Positions 42,618-54,614 of a stretch of DNA of 64,000 bases are shown in pieces. This DNA is from Salisapilia sapeloensis CBS 127946. Taxonomy: Eukaryota > Protista > Oomycota. Position 1 is the stretch's first letter. Each line of letters begins with the position of its first letter. Under the pieces are notes generated by a model. That model ran no database searches, was not told where the DNA came from, and saw only the letters and a program-made list of their open reading frames with translations. Both the position numbers and the translations under genes were made by a program. Location of the stretch: contig JAADVB010000037.1 of assembly GCA_023334545.1 (NCBI GenBank), positions 38,973-102,972 on the forward strand, in the 5' to 3' direction.

Positions 42618-44766
42618 TTAGAACGATTGAGCTTCCAGTTCCATCTTGTACAGCAAGTTGCCGTTCCCGATCGCAGTGTGCCCACCAAACACGTACATCG
42701 CGCCTTCGTATACGACTGCGCGATGCCACTCGCGCGGAAGCGGACCGATGTTGCTGCGAACAGAATGCCACGTCGGAAAGTCAGAGCCGAGCTCCAGCAG
42801 ATAGACGTCGCCTTTCAGACAGCCGCTGTTGCCGCCATAGATGATCATCTTGGACCCGATCATGGCACTCGAGTGCGTGTACCGGGGTGAAGGTCCTTTG
42901 CCAAACGTCTCGACATACTCCCACGTACAAGAGATGTCGTCGCCCACCTTTTTGTCAATGTGGAACGAGTAAATATTGCCGCAGCGAGACTTGCCCTTGT
43001 ACCCGCCAAAGATGTACATCTTCTCCTGATACACGCACACTGAGTGGGTCGAGAGGACGCCCGGCAAGTCTCCTTTCGGATCCAATTGCACCCACTTGGG
43101 CTTGTCGCCGACGTCAAAGCGCAGGGCAAAGGTGTCGTTCAGTCGATGTGGATGGCCGTAGCCGCCGTAGATGATCGCCATGCGATCCAGCACTGCGACC
43201 GAGTACCAGTATCGCATGCAGGGAGGCTGTCCGTCGATCTCCAGACGTTCCCACGACCACTCCGACTTGCTCAAGTCCACGGCATGGACTTCTGTGAGGA
43301 ACTTGCCGTCGCGTGTGCCGCCGATGACGTACACAGTCTCGTCCAAAACGAACGTCTGGAGCAGATTGCCAGTGTCTGGCGGCTGGCCTCGGACTGCAGG
43401 TCGACTCCACTTGGGCGGACCAGCGCTCGTGTCCAGCACGTACAAGTCGTTTGTGCGGATCTTGCCGACGATGCCGCCAACTACCACGAGCCACTTGCCA
43501 CACGCTGCGAATCCACAGTCGTACCGAGGTTCTGGGAGTTCTCCCTGGACATCCACTTGCGTCCACGAGCCGTTCATCTCCTTGGCAGTGGTCGGCGCAC
43601 GTCGCTTCCGCTTCGTCCGCGTACCACCGGCCTTGGTCTGCGTCTGTTTCTTCGCTGGCGCCGGTTTCTTCGGCTCATTTTTAATCGGAGGTTCGAGAGG
43701 AGTAGCAGGCGCCACTGTCGACGTCGCCTTGGGTTGTGGTTTCGCCTGTGCTTTTCCCTTGGCAGGCGCTTTGGCGACGCTTGTAATAGTCACAGGCTTC
43801 TCGTCCAGCACGTCCAGCACTTCCTTCTTCGGCTCGACTGTCATTTGCGCTGTGCTCTGACCTCGGGGCATGGCGACTTCCTCCTGCTTCACAGGTTCCT
43901 CCTTGTCTGCAACAAAGTCTCCGAATTTCGACAAGTCGAGAATGTCCTCGAGCTCATCGAGCCAATCCAATTGTCCATCTGCATTTGGAATATTAAAGTC
44001 TGCCGAAATACCTCTCGACTTGGACTCTGACGTCGAGTCGGCAGCGTTTGGCATCGTGAGGCTGTGCCGACGACGATGGGAAGCTTCGGTACTGGAGCTC
44101 AATGTGTAGTCTGGAGACTGGATGGGGCTGTTTAGCAGATCGTCCAAGTGGCTATCGTCGGTCGACTCGGTCGTAGGTAGTGAAGATCCGGGGTAGTCTC
44201 GTCGCATCTATATCGTATCATGTTAGTCGAAATGGAGGTAAAGTAGAGAAAGCTTTTTGTACCTGCTGACCGCCGATCGGGTAGGAGAATGTGACGCGGT
44301 CATGGCGGCCGGCTTGGCTGCACAGCGGGCAGATGCCGATGCTAAAGAGCATTTGCTGCTGCATGGCAGGAGCACAGTTCACGCACATGACGTGCCCACA
44401 ACTCAAGGGCACGATGGAACTTTGCTGGCACATGGGGCATCGGAGCCTTGGCGCTTGAATGTGGCCGGCTGACGCCATGTACCAGTCCTGTGTGGCGCCC
44501 GTCGCCGCTGCACGAGGCGAGTTCTGGACGAGTGCGTCCGTATCGCTCCCGCGGTGTCGCATCTGGTACGGCGAAGGCAGATTCGATGTTTCAATATCGA
44601 GTCCGTCCAAGGTCACTTGTTCCGAGCGACGTTGATGGTTCAGAAGCGCCCATCGGCTGTCATCGCACTCAAGACTAGTGGAGTCGTCCAAGTCGAACGC
44701 GTACGGGTTATTCGGCCTTTTGGCCTTGGTCTGTGGCACGCGGAACTCGGATGTCCACGGCTGCAT
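42618..44766 (-). CDS. RING finger + kelch-repeat protein (single 2-exon gene)
   Basis: RING CPMC...CGHVMCVNC...CPLC in exon 1. A 55-nt phase-0 intron (44262-44208; GTACAA...CTAAC...ATAG) joins it in frame to the kelch ORF (PRYDC..VVVGG, YVIGG, IIYGGY, YIFGGY, IIYGGN, YVFGGH). Confidence 0.85.
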
Positions 44767-46329
44767 GATTCGCCGCTATTTTTCCTTCGTGGCAAGTTTC
44801 GACTTTCTGGAATATTTTTTTCCTCCGTATCGAAATAAGTCGCGGAGGGAGCAAGTCTCGGGCGCTGAAGAGATCGGTTCGGTACTAAAAGCTTTCGCTG
44901 ACCTTCTGGGAAATGCAAACACTCGTCCTTCCCAGAGAAGGCCCAAGCCAAGTGCAAGACCACCCACTTCCTTACGCACGCGTAATCTATACGGAGTCGG
45001 CGCGCTCTTGGAATTTGTATGTGGTAGCGCTCGTGCGTGGAATTGGGCTAAATGGACGCTATTTTACCCAATCGACGTGAACACGCGGAAAGGGGTGATG
45101 GCAGTTTGACGCGGATAATCCATCAGCTGCTGTCCTTTCGTGGCTCTCTCTTCATGTTGCTACGAGATTTGATACCAGCAAGCAGTCGAACACGCTGCTT
45201 TCCTCCGAGATGGCGCCAGGAGCTCGGTCGAAGGTATGATAAAGCGCTGCGACACGTTGCGTCGTAAATCGTGCTAGCCCGGTCGCAATCTCAAGTTGAG
45301 GTTATTTTGTAAATACAACTCATGTTTGGTCTTTATATCTGTACTTGACGACTAAAGTAGGACATGACGATCGTCGAGCATCGAATCGACATGCTGCATA
45401 CGTATGCAGATTCATTCTCCCCGAAGGAACTATTCTGTAGACTTTCATAGTTCAAGAAATGAGAATGGAGCAAAAACACAAGATTGGATGTCGCACGTTC
45501 GGCGTGTTTGGTGCCATCTGAGCCTGTCTCTTGCAGTGAAAAATTGAGCTTTCGACCATTCACCCTCTAATAAGTCTGGAACTCGGACGTTTGGTCTTTA
45601 TCCTTTCTGCAGTGCCAACATGGCTTTGTAATATCCACTCGGAGAGCTTTGCAACGGACTGATCCGACCCGATTACTTCGGTTGAGACCAAAAAGTATTC
45701 ACGATCCATAGAAGCGCGTCTACATGTATTTGCGCACTACATCAGCTAGCATTACTTTAACGACTTAATGGCAAATAACTTTCGTGTTCAGTGACGCTAG
45801 GGTTGGATGAAGAATCTAGCCCCATTCAGTTCAAAGTCGAGTTCGATCGTGTATGTCGTGTCTGGATACTCTAGTAACCTTCTTTGCGTTCAGATAGTAC
45901 GGATGTCACAAGCCAGAGCTTCGACATATCTTGCGCATGACAGCCTTTCGCTGCTTACGAGGTGTGGAAACGTAGCTGCGCCAAACGTGTTTCATACCCA
46001 AGTTGGAAAAACGAATAATAACAGCTGAAACATTCTGAGATCGCCACATCGCAACTACCTTCACTCACCATTCAATTAGAATGAAGGACACATCTTGTCG
46101 TCGGATACCACCATCTCAAGTCGAGCACCCATCTTGCGCATCCGTTGCCATGAAAGATACTTGGTCAAGTTTACTCGAGCTAGACTTACACAAATACATA
46201 ATAAATTGCCCCATCTTTTGTTCGAAGAGGGACGGGGCGAAGTTCACCAGAACAAGTACGTTGCAAATTGTTTTCTGATGATTTCATAAAGAAATTAATG
46301 GGTATGCACAAATTAAAATTGTCGACAAA

Positions 46330-48594
46330 TCAGTTGTTCCCGCCGTCACTTTCCTGCATCGTGAGCACCAGTTCTGGATTCTCGACTCTTCCAGCACTTG
46401 GCTGACGACTCGAGTAGCCATCCTCATGGACATGATAAAGCACCTTATTCACGAGGAAGGTCTCTCTCGCTTTCTGGGCCTGTACACTCGTCGGGGTGTC
46501 GCTGATTGTCACTTCCAACAAGTACTTGATGAAGAAGATGACACCAACGAACGCCGTAAAGACCCACACTCTCTCGTCCGGAGACAAATGGGTAAACAAA
46601 TCGCCTGTAAAGACGATGACACCTCCATTCGTGCAAACAGCAATGGCAGAGAATGCCTGCAGCACCTTGTACCAATATCCCATGTCCTTGGCAAAGTGCG
46701 GACGCGGCCTTCGGTTCTCGTACAGCAGTCGGTAGGCATCCAGTCTCAGTTCCAAGTAGTTGTACACGAGCGCCAAGACCGGCGCAAAGGGGAAGATCGC
46801 GATGAAGAAGACTGTGAACCCAAACGTGATAACGATCTCGGCGAAGTCATCGAACGTGCCTCTCCAGCCGTATTCTGCCAAAAAGAGTTCATCCTCTGCT
46901 TTCGATTCCCTGTCCTCTCGTTCGGCCGACGGTGGTGTGCGCAGGTGACCAGTGAGTTGGTAGTGGGTAAAGTACGTAAGGATCCTGGGTATAGCGACTT
47001 CATTCAGATTCCCGACAGCCATGCGAGAGAGATAGACGATCGCTAACATAAACTCTAGCTCGGTCGTACAGGCCAAGTCGCAGCCTTCAATGTCGTTCTT
47101 GAGGAACGCGACGTAGAAGAGACCGGCGTAGTTGTTCACGAACTGGAAGATAACGGTTTTGACGATGAGACTGTTCTCGTACTGCACGTCGGTGCGGTGA
47201 TTCTCTTGGTCGTTCAAGTGGATGCTGACGTAGTCGTAGATCTTGGTCATGATCGTGATCTGCACCACGTTCGCCAGAGCTGCCATCGCTGGTCCTAGTT
47301 GAATGCTGTACACAACCAACGCCGAGGAATCGTTCCCTTTTGTCAAGTCATATCGAAGAACAAAGATACTGGACACAAGAGCAAAGACAATGAGAATGAG
47401 CACGCTGATGACAACGTAGCTATACGCCACTCGCTTCAGCTTTTCTCTAGGTGGAAAGTAACGAGTGGGTCGACCGTCGATGGGGGAATCAATCGTCTCG
47501 CCTTGAAACTCAGGTCGGAGCTGCACGACTTGGGTAAAGTTGAGCGTCCCCCACCGCATGCACTGGCGATGATTCTCCCGCTTCCAGTCTTCCAGGTACA
47601 GCGTCATCCAAATGAGCATGGCGGCACCAAAGAGCGGAGAGATGACTTCCAAGGCTGCTGTTTCACCCCTGTATCGGAGATATAGCTGAAGAAGGCCAAC
47701 AAAGATACCTGCGCTGGCAGGGTAGCGCAGCCACTTGGAGTAGTGACCCAAGTAGACAAAGTAGAGCGCTACTTTTTCGCCAAAGTACGTGCTGATCAGG
47801 TCGAATGGCTGCGACATTGGTCGTGGTCTCCACGAGAGCCACTGTCGTTTTAGCGTTGAGACAGAGTGTTGATCGTGAAGAGGATATGCGTCGATGATCA
47901 CGCCTTCGTACTTGAGCCTGTCGACGTCACACGCAGCTCCTGTCTGTTTATTTTCAATCAAGTGCTGGATGATAATGAGTCGCTCTGTGCCGTCAAAGAC
48001 AGATCCGTTGCGACCTTTTTGCGCATACAAGTGCTGGAACTCGTGGCCTTGCCAATACGGTGCGTATATATATTCGTACGGATCATACTTGTACTGGTCC
48101 TTGACGTCTGTGATCGGGAAGGGTCCGATGCCATAACTAGGCAGTCCCTCTTCTGCTGTCTTGCGCAGGACGTTTGCATCGAGGAGCATGTGCAGCTTCA
48201 TGCTCTCCGCTGCCTTCCTCAAGACTTTGTCATCGGCTCGGAGCTCGCAGTAGATAATGTTACCAAAGTCCGAGGGGAAGAGCTTGGTCTCGAGTCCAGT
48301 TGAACGCAGTCGCTTTACGATTGCCTCTCGCGTGTCTTGCTCGCTGGCAGCGACGACTTTGGGCGGATCTGGAAATGCGATGACATATTCCCACCGATTT
48401 GGATTTGGCGAGTGCACAATATTCTCCGTTTCGGCGTCGTCAGTGGACGAGAGCGATCCGTAGGACGGGTCGGACTGTCGAGCCGGAGTGTCGCGGGGCA
48501 ACATTGGCATCCGATCGCCGGTCGTCGGCATGAGCGATTGGCGATCTGGATGTCTACTATGTGAAAAATACCTCAAGTAGCCCAATTTTCCCAC
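46330..48594 (-). CDS. Anoctamin/TMEM16 (Ca2+-activated Cl- channel/scramblase)
   Basis: YPLHD, QPFDLISTYFGEKVALYFVYLGHY, QENHRTDVQYENSLIVKTVIFQFVNNYAGLFYVAF, DDFAEIVITFG, YNYLELRLDAYRL, DMGYW. Confidence 0.93.
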   Translation of the reverse strand: MGKLGYLRYFSHSRHPDRQSLMPTTGDRMPMLPRDTPARQSDPSYGSLSSTDDAETENIVHSPNPNRWEYVIAFPDPPKVVAASEQDTREAIVKRLRSTGLETKLFPSDFGNIIYCELRADDKVLRKAAESMKLHMLLDANVLRKTAEEGLPSYGIGPFPITDVKDQYKYDPYEYIYAPYWQGHEFQHLYAQKGRNGSVFDGTERLIIIQHLIENKQTGAACDVDRLKYEGVIIDAYPLHDQHSVSTLKRQWLSWRPRPMSQPFDLISTYFGEKVALYFVYLGHYSKWLRYPASAGIFVGLLQLYLRYRGETAALEVISPLFGAAMLIWMTLYLEDWKRENHRQCMRWGTLNFTQVVQLRPEFQGETIDSPIDGRPTRYFPPREKLKRVAYSYVVISVLILIVFALVSSIFVLRYDLTKGNDSSALVVYSIQLGPAMAALANVVQITIMTKIYDYVSIHLNDQENHRTDVQYENSLIVKTVIFQFVNNYAGLFYVAFLKNDIEGCDLACTTELEFMLAIVYLSRMAVGNLNEVAIPRILTYFTHYQLTGHLRTPPSAEREDRESKAEDELFLAEYGWRGTFDDFAEIVITFGFTVFFIAIFPFAPVLALVYNYLELRLDAYRLLYENRRPRPHFAKDMGYWYKVLQAFSAIAVCTNGGVIVFTGDLFTHLSPDERVWVFTAFVGVIFFIKYLLEVTISDTPTSVQAQKARETFLVNKVLYHVHEDGYSSRQPSAGRVENPELVLTMQESDGGNN

Positions 48595-49066
48595 TCGTAC
48601 TTAGATGGAAGTAGGCACACACCGAAGATTCCGTCGGGCAGACGGAACATTCGACAGTTGGAGATGTAGGCGGATCCCAAGTGACCAGAAGTAGAGGAAA
48701 TTTTATTTTCAAAGGAAAGAGTTCGACTTGACACGGCTACTACGCTTTCGTCCATGGTAGAAAAAAATTGTACACAGAAAATTGGCTTCAGGCGTTCGTA
48801 ATCGAGTCCTGATGTCTTGGAATAATCGCCGATATCTTATGCCAACTGGTGTCGATACCAAGTCATTACAGGCTGCTTGGTCGCCACGGCCACCCGATGG
48901 GCATGCTAGTGGCAAGTGCCGACCAGGAAATCTCATGTCGCCAGCGAATGCGGGTACGAGTTGGTCTAGAGACCACTCAAAAGCAGTTTCGGTCCCGAGG
49001 CGTGCGTCACGTTCCTTTTTGTCCTATCGCGAACCAAATCAGGGCACTTCGCCTCGAACATAGACG

Positions 49067-49738
49067 ATGGTCGGGTGCAGCCGACTGTTTTCCAGTCCGA
49101 AATTTGCTACCTCCAACCCAGAGCAGCGAGCCTCCAGCATGGAGAAGCTGTCATCGAATATCAGTATGAGCTCCTCCGTCAAGACGCTGTCGTCCAGGTC
49201 GTCCCTCCGATCCTCCTTCATGACCATGGTCTCGTTCGACGAAGCCATTGAGGACTGGATGTATTGGAAACGTGACGACGAGCATGTCTGCTGCTGGACT
49301 AAGGTCTATGGCGTGCTCGACCAAGAGTTCTTTTGGCTATTTAAACCGGGCGAGAAGACCGGGCGAGAACTGCTTTTCCACATTGCCGTCGCCAGCGTCG
49401 AGCCGGCGGACGGTCGCATGCTACGTCTCAGCGATCCCAATGGAGAACACATGGACATTTGGCTTCTGGACACTGTGACACTGAACCATTGGTACGACCG
49501 GCTCCAAGAAGCCGCGGAGCGTACGGCGAACCACTTTCGCATGTCAGAATGCAAACCCCAAGATCTCCCTCGCTCGAATATTTATCGTGGCAGTCTTGTC
49601 ACCTACCGTAAAGTTAGCAAGCGATCAAAAGTTCGGAGCGTTTGGCAACGTTTTCTCAAGCGATGGAAAGACAAGGTCTTGCCGGCCATCTCCGTCCAAC
49701 TCGAGGTAGAAGGTCAGATCAAGACCAACTCTGCCTAG
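49067..49738 (+). CDS. PH-like domain protein (paralogue of 19139-20050)
   Basis: IEDWMYWKR...WTKVYGVLDQEFFWLF...NHWYDRLQEAA...LPRSNIYRGSL. Start uncertain (49067 or 49139). Confidence 0.7.
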   Translation: MVGCSRLFSSPKFATSNPEQRASSMEKLSSNISMSSSVKTLSSRSSLRSSFMTMVSFDEAIEDWMYWKRDDEHVCCWTKVYGVLDQEFFWLFKPGEKTGRELLFHIAVASVEPADGRMLRLSDPNGEHMDIWLLDTVTLNHWYDRLQEAAERTANHFRMSECKPQDLPRSNIYRGSLVTYRKVSKRSKVRSVWQRFLKRWKDKVLPAISVQLEVEGQIKTNSA

Positions 49739-49945
49739 AGTACGATTTTTGATTCTATGTTGTGCCGTGTCTATCTAGCGAATTTTAAAATATAGGCTAT
49801 TTGAAACGAACTCTCCATCCACATACTCCTTCCTCCGTCTACCTCCTCCATTACGATTGTCGAGCACGATTTAGATACTTAATTCTTCAGTTTTAGCTAT
49901 TCCATACGGTTTATACGCAGCGTCACATTCACAATCGGCATCAAA

Positions 49946-51412
49946 ATGGTCTTCCCAAGTGGTGATGGCATGCGGCCTCTAGCTCTATGCGTTGGCGTCG
50001 CGATACTCACATCCGTCTCGGTTGCTCGGAGGGGTCCAGATTTTTGGAAGAGATTGCAATGTGCATCCGCTTCTCCGTTCAAGCGATGCTACAGTCAAGG
50101 CGCTCGCACTGCGGATCTGTCAGACCAGGCTGCTTCTGATCGAGTACGCTTCCTTCCGTGCACTCGACAGCTTGAGCACACGGATAGCAGGAGACGCACG
50201 AGAGAAACCATCAGTGTCGTACAGGTACGTTTGCATTTGATGTAAAGCTTTAAAATCGTGATCTAAGACTTGCTAGATGAACATTTTGGCGAGAAATTTG
50301 GCCACAAGAAACCATTTTCCATACGTTGTCGACTCCAGTTTAAATTGGGAGAACCGAAAGATGACTTTGCTTAACCAGCTCGTGGAATTAGACGCCGACG
50401 TGCTTTGTCTGGAAGAGCTAAGTGACTATTGGACGTAGGCTCTTTCCTTTCCATCCGTGCCGTACTCTCTTCTCACTTTCTCGACTAGATTCTTTAAGCC
50501 AGAGCTAGATGAGCGAGGCTACGATAGTGTCTACGTGAAACGTCCGTCAATCCACGTGTCGAACTGGTCTGGTGCGAAGAAACTGGACGGCTGCGGCATC
50601 TTTTTCAAGTCCGACTCTATCCTTTGTCCACTTGATGCTCCACCGTTTTACTCATGCTTGATCATAGAAAGGACAAATTCGAACTGAAGGAATGTGAGTC
50701 AATTAACTTCCATGATCCGCATGATCGAGTCGCGATGCTCGCAGTCCTCAAGCTTCGTCATTTCGCTCAATTCGTCCTCATCGGATGCACGCATTTGTGG
50801 TGGAATGCCAAGAAAGTGGAGCATCAGATGGCCGAAGTGTATGAGCTGGAGGAAGAAGTGCTGCGGATGACTGCAGATATACAGGACAAGTATCATGACG
50901 AGATGGCGAAGAGTCCTGTTGGGACCCAACTGCCCGTCGTGCTCTGTGGCGACTTTAACAATTCGCCCGAGTCGACCTTGTATAATTACATGGAAACGTC
51001 GTTCCTGCAGACAGACAATGTAGAGAACCTCAAAGTGCCTTTCAAAAGCGCCTATGCGCAATACAAACAGAACGTAGCTGCCAACGCGACGGATAAAGAG
51101 CAGAATGCTCTTGTAACTGGCGAACCTCCGCATACGACAGTCAACTACCGTCGGTGCTGGACCATTGACTATCTATGGTACTCCAACTCGACCCTAGTGC
51201 CGACCAAAGTGCTTGAAATCCCGTCGGAAGAGGTTTTACGCGCCGAGGACGGACCAATTAACTGGTTAAATCAACTTGCCATGTCCGATAGTTGGGGTAA
51301 GGCCGGTCGGCTGCCCAGTGGCTACAAAGGCAACCATAATGGCATTCCGAATTCAAGGTTTGGTAGCGACCACGTCCCGATCATGGCCGAGTTTGAGCTG
51401 TTGGCTCCGTAA
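49946..51412 (+). CDS. Endonuclease/exonuclease/phosphatase family protein (CCR4/nocturnin/Angel/PDE12-like), 4 exons
   Basis: ISVVQ|MNILA, LNWENRK, DADVLCLEE, DGCGIFFK, CTHLWW, VLCGDFNNSP, TIDYLWYS, SDHVPIMAEF. Confidence 0.85.
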
Positions 51413-51697
51413 GCACCTCGTATAGCTCTTCAAGATACAGTTGTACCACCATCTTGAAATAAACCCCGCATTCCGATGAAACTGCTGACTTGCACTTTGA
51501 ACCGCTTTTAAAACGACTTGAGAAGGGAAGTTTTGTCTACCTCGTCCATACGCTCCAAGCATCGACCTTTTAACTCATTGGTACAACTCGATTCTACTTG
51601 TTTGTATTGGTGGTTGGATTCTTATCGCTCTATTCTGTATACGTCGCTGTCTCCATCGCTTTGACCAACTTTCCGGATCTAATTCACAGCACTCAAG

Positions 51698-52686
51698 ATG
51701 TACCGACGCTTCTCCTTCGACTCGGATTCTTCCTACTCGTCCGATTCGTCTGGATATGATACCATCCTACGCCCTCCTGCCGGAATGTTCAGTACTGGTA
51801 AATCCATGCCGATGAGCACTTCCACCGCCCCTTTGTGCCGCTTCTTCGTGCTGGGAAAATGCCGATACGGCAGTCGGTGCACGTACTCGCATTCGCTTCC
51901 TCAAAACGAATGCAGCAACAATGGCGAGGAAGCACTGGCAAGTGCTGCGGCGCTGGTCGATTGCCCTTACTTTCAGCGAGGGGATTGCAAGTACGGTGAC
52001 AACTGCCGACTGCGGCATTCGCTTCCTCCGTCGAACCAACCCAATCGGAACGAGCCAACGTCACTTCGAGAATCTAACCAGACGGAAGCGACACCGACAG
52101 AGTACTTGTGTGGCATTTGCTTTGAAGATGTGGTACAAGCTGGCAAGCAATTCGGGCTTTTGAGTACTCTTCATCTTTCATCTTCCTTTCTCCTGTTCTA
52201 ATACTTGTGTCTATCTGTGTAGCAAACTGTGATCACTGCTTCTGCATCGACTGCGTCCGGTCGTGGCGTCAATCGAAAGACCAAGAAGTAGAGGTCGTCC
52301 GCTCCTGTCCGCAATGCCGAGCGCCTAGTAACTACATCGTCCCGTCACTGTGTTTCGTCACTGGCGCTGAAAAGCAACAGGCGATTGACGCGTATAAGCA
52401 GCATCTATCCATGCGCGAGTGCAAATATTTTAACGGACATGTGGGCTCGTGTCCCTTTGGTCCACACTGCTTCTACGCCCATCGAGACACTTATGGTCGA
52501 GACGTGAAGGCTTTCGATCGGATTAAAAAGACCAGACGTGCTCGGACGAGCAGCACGAGCTCGCATCTCAGCGTTCTTCTTGATGCAGACAACTCGGACT
52601 TGGAAGAGGAGCTGGCGAGGTTGATTGCCGAAGCCACGAGCAGTGGAGACTTTGAGTCTCTTTTTCGTTTTGTAACTCCGAGATAG
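51698..52686 (+). CDS. MKRN: Makorin-type CCCH/RING E3 ubiquitin ligase, 2 exons
   Basis: CRFFVLGKCRYGSRCTYSH, CPYFQRGDCKYGDNCRLRH, RING CGICFE...FGLL|NCDHCFCIDCVRSWR...CPQCR, then CKYF..GSCPFGPHCFYAH. Confidence 0.85.
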
Positions 52687-52886
52687 CTTCACGAGTGCAC
52701 ATTCAATCGGCGAACGACTAAAGCTTGGTGCTTCAAGCACTCTTTACGCATACTTGATTTGTCATTCTTTTGGAAGAGATGGTAGTAGCCATGAAGAGGA
52801 TCGTTGCGGTGGATTAAAAGATAATCTAAAAATAAAAAAGGGGAATGCATACTTTGATACATGTCAAGATAGAAATTGTAGTAGCA

Positions 52887-53741
52887 ATGACATCGCCAAG
52901 CAAACGAGTCAAGAAGGTATCGCAGTCTGGAATAGCATCTAATTCGCCTGGAGCATCGACTGCTACACCGAAAGGTACGAAGAATGCGAAACTGGAGGAA
53001 AATCTGCTTGAACGTCGCCTCCGAAATGCACTTGTCCGACGCAAACTTGATCTGAGTGTGTCGAAATCGATTGTACACAATGAATCGGAGCATCGGTACC
53101 AACTCTTCCCATCTGCAATCTTCCGCATGGAGGATCAAGCCTGCCTTAGTGGTCTTCATGAACTTTGGCTGACCAACCATAAAATTGCCTACCTACCTCC
53201 ATCTATCCAACAGCTTCATTCACTCCGCGTACTTGGTCTTGGTGGAAACAAACTATTTGCACTGCCAAGTGAATTGACACTACTAGGAAACTTGGAGGAG
53301 CTGTACCTCGAGGATAATTGCATGTCAGATGCGTCTGCTCTTACATTTTCTCCTTCTATTCGACATCTACGTCTCGACCGCAATTCCTTCACAACGCTAC
53401 CAGAAGTCATCACCAATTTACGACTTTTAAATCGTCTTGGACTTAGCTACAACAAGATCACAGAGATACCGTCGGAGATCAGGAGGTTGTCTAACTTGAT
53501 CGAATTGGATCTGGATTATAACAACATCAAAGGGGAGCTTCCGGTAGAGATGAGGCATTTAAAGAGCTTGGAACGCATTGGGCTCGAAGGCAACCAACTT
53601 TCGGAAAGACCAAGTGTACTGGTGCACATGCCGCAATTACAGTTGATTCGACTTCATGCCAACCCATTTGTATTCAAGCTAAAAGCAGAAGAAACTAAAC
53701 GAAAGGAACGGGTGAGTGCTATGAGCATCGAAGCGCATTGA
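52887..53741 (+). CDS. Leucine-rich repeat protein
   Basis: Repeated LxxLxLxxNxL/I units (LHELWLTNHKI, LRVLGLGGNKL, LEELYLEDNCM, LNRLGLSYNKI, LIELDLDYNNI, LERIGLEGNQL). A GTGAGT donor near 53712 suggests further 3' exons may exist. Confidence 0.8.
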   Translation: MTSPSKRVKKVSQSGIASNSPGASTATPKGTKNAKLEENLLERRLRNALVRRKLDLSVSKSIVHNESEHRYQLFPSAIFRMEDQACLSGLHELWLTNHKIAYLPPSIQQLHSLRVLGLGGNKLFALPSELTLLGNLEELYLEDNCMSDASALTFSPSIRHLRLDRNSFTTLPEVITNLRLLNRLGLSYNKITEIPSEIRRLSNLIELDLDYNNIKGELPVEMRHLKSLERIGLEGNQLSERPSVLVHMPQLQLIRLHANPFVFKLKAEETKRKERVSAMSIEAH

Positions 53742-54038
53742 TGGCCGAGATAAAGCTGCAATCATAAGGTAGATTGCCATGATATTGAAGTTAGCTTGAA
53801 GCAATAGTATCTTTCATCTCGCTTATCGCTGTTCGTGCAATCTACAAGTTTGATACTTAATATCTCACAGTCTAAGAAACCGATGTACTTTGAAGCCCTT
53901 GTCCGACTCTTTTGTGCGTTTCAAATAGTGCGTAGCTTGAAATAGAACTACCTGGAGCGTAGGAGGCAACAGGTTTCCATACGGGGATTATACTAATCTT
54001 AAAAGTCGCTTCGGAGTAAAAGATAAGACCAAGGAAAC

Positions 54039-54614
54039 ATGTCTGGAGTCCAAGTTGTTGCAGCTGGAAATCCACGCAAAGGGGATATGAATGGCGCTGA
54101 GGAAGAGCAATGTATTCATGATATCGTGAACTGGTTCCAGCGAAAGACCAAGATAGCGGACGTTGGTGACAAACGAGCCGACGTGGAAGCTTTGGAAGAA
54201 GAGGTCGGATGCGAGCTACCAGACACCCTAAAAGAACTTCTTACCAAACAAAAGGGTGGCGTCTGGTTCGACGAGTATAAAACTCTCACTGCAAAGGTAA
54301 TCCTGTATGTGTATTTAGTTGAGTATCAATTGTCTAACTTCATGGCATAGGAGATAGTGGTCCTCTCGGAGAACCTGGCGTCTGTAGACGGATGGAAAAA
54401 AGGCTTTATTCCATTCGCTGCAAACGTTGATGATCAAGCTATCATTTGTGACCTAAATGCAAAGGAGGCGATCTTTGAATTCAACGAGGATGGTAAAGGA
54501 GACAAGCTTGCGCCATCAATCTCGGTCTTTTTGGAAGAGTACCGCAACAAGCTTCTCTCTGGCCAATGCGACTTTATCGAGGATGTCGGCATCATTGAAA
54601 AGAGTAGAAAGTAA
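54039..54614 (+). CDS. SMI1/KNR4 (SUKH) fold protein, 2 exons
   Basis: VEALEEEVGCELPDTLKELL..QKGG...FIPFAANVDDQAIICD...IFEF...LAPSISVFLEEY follows the SUKH pattern; intron 54297-54350 is in phase. Confidence 0.68.

Noticed and set aside
42560-42620. RNase P RNA (TCAGACTA resembles the CR-V/P4 strand); small hairpins at 42423-42496
   Set aside because: No matching upstream GGAAxxTCTGAG (CR-I) partner; the region is a short gap between convergent 3' ends.
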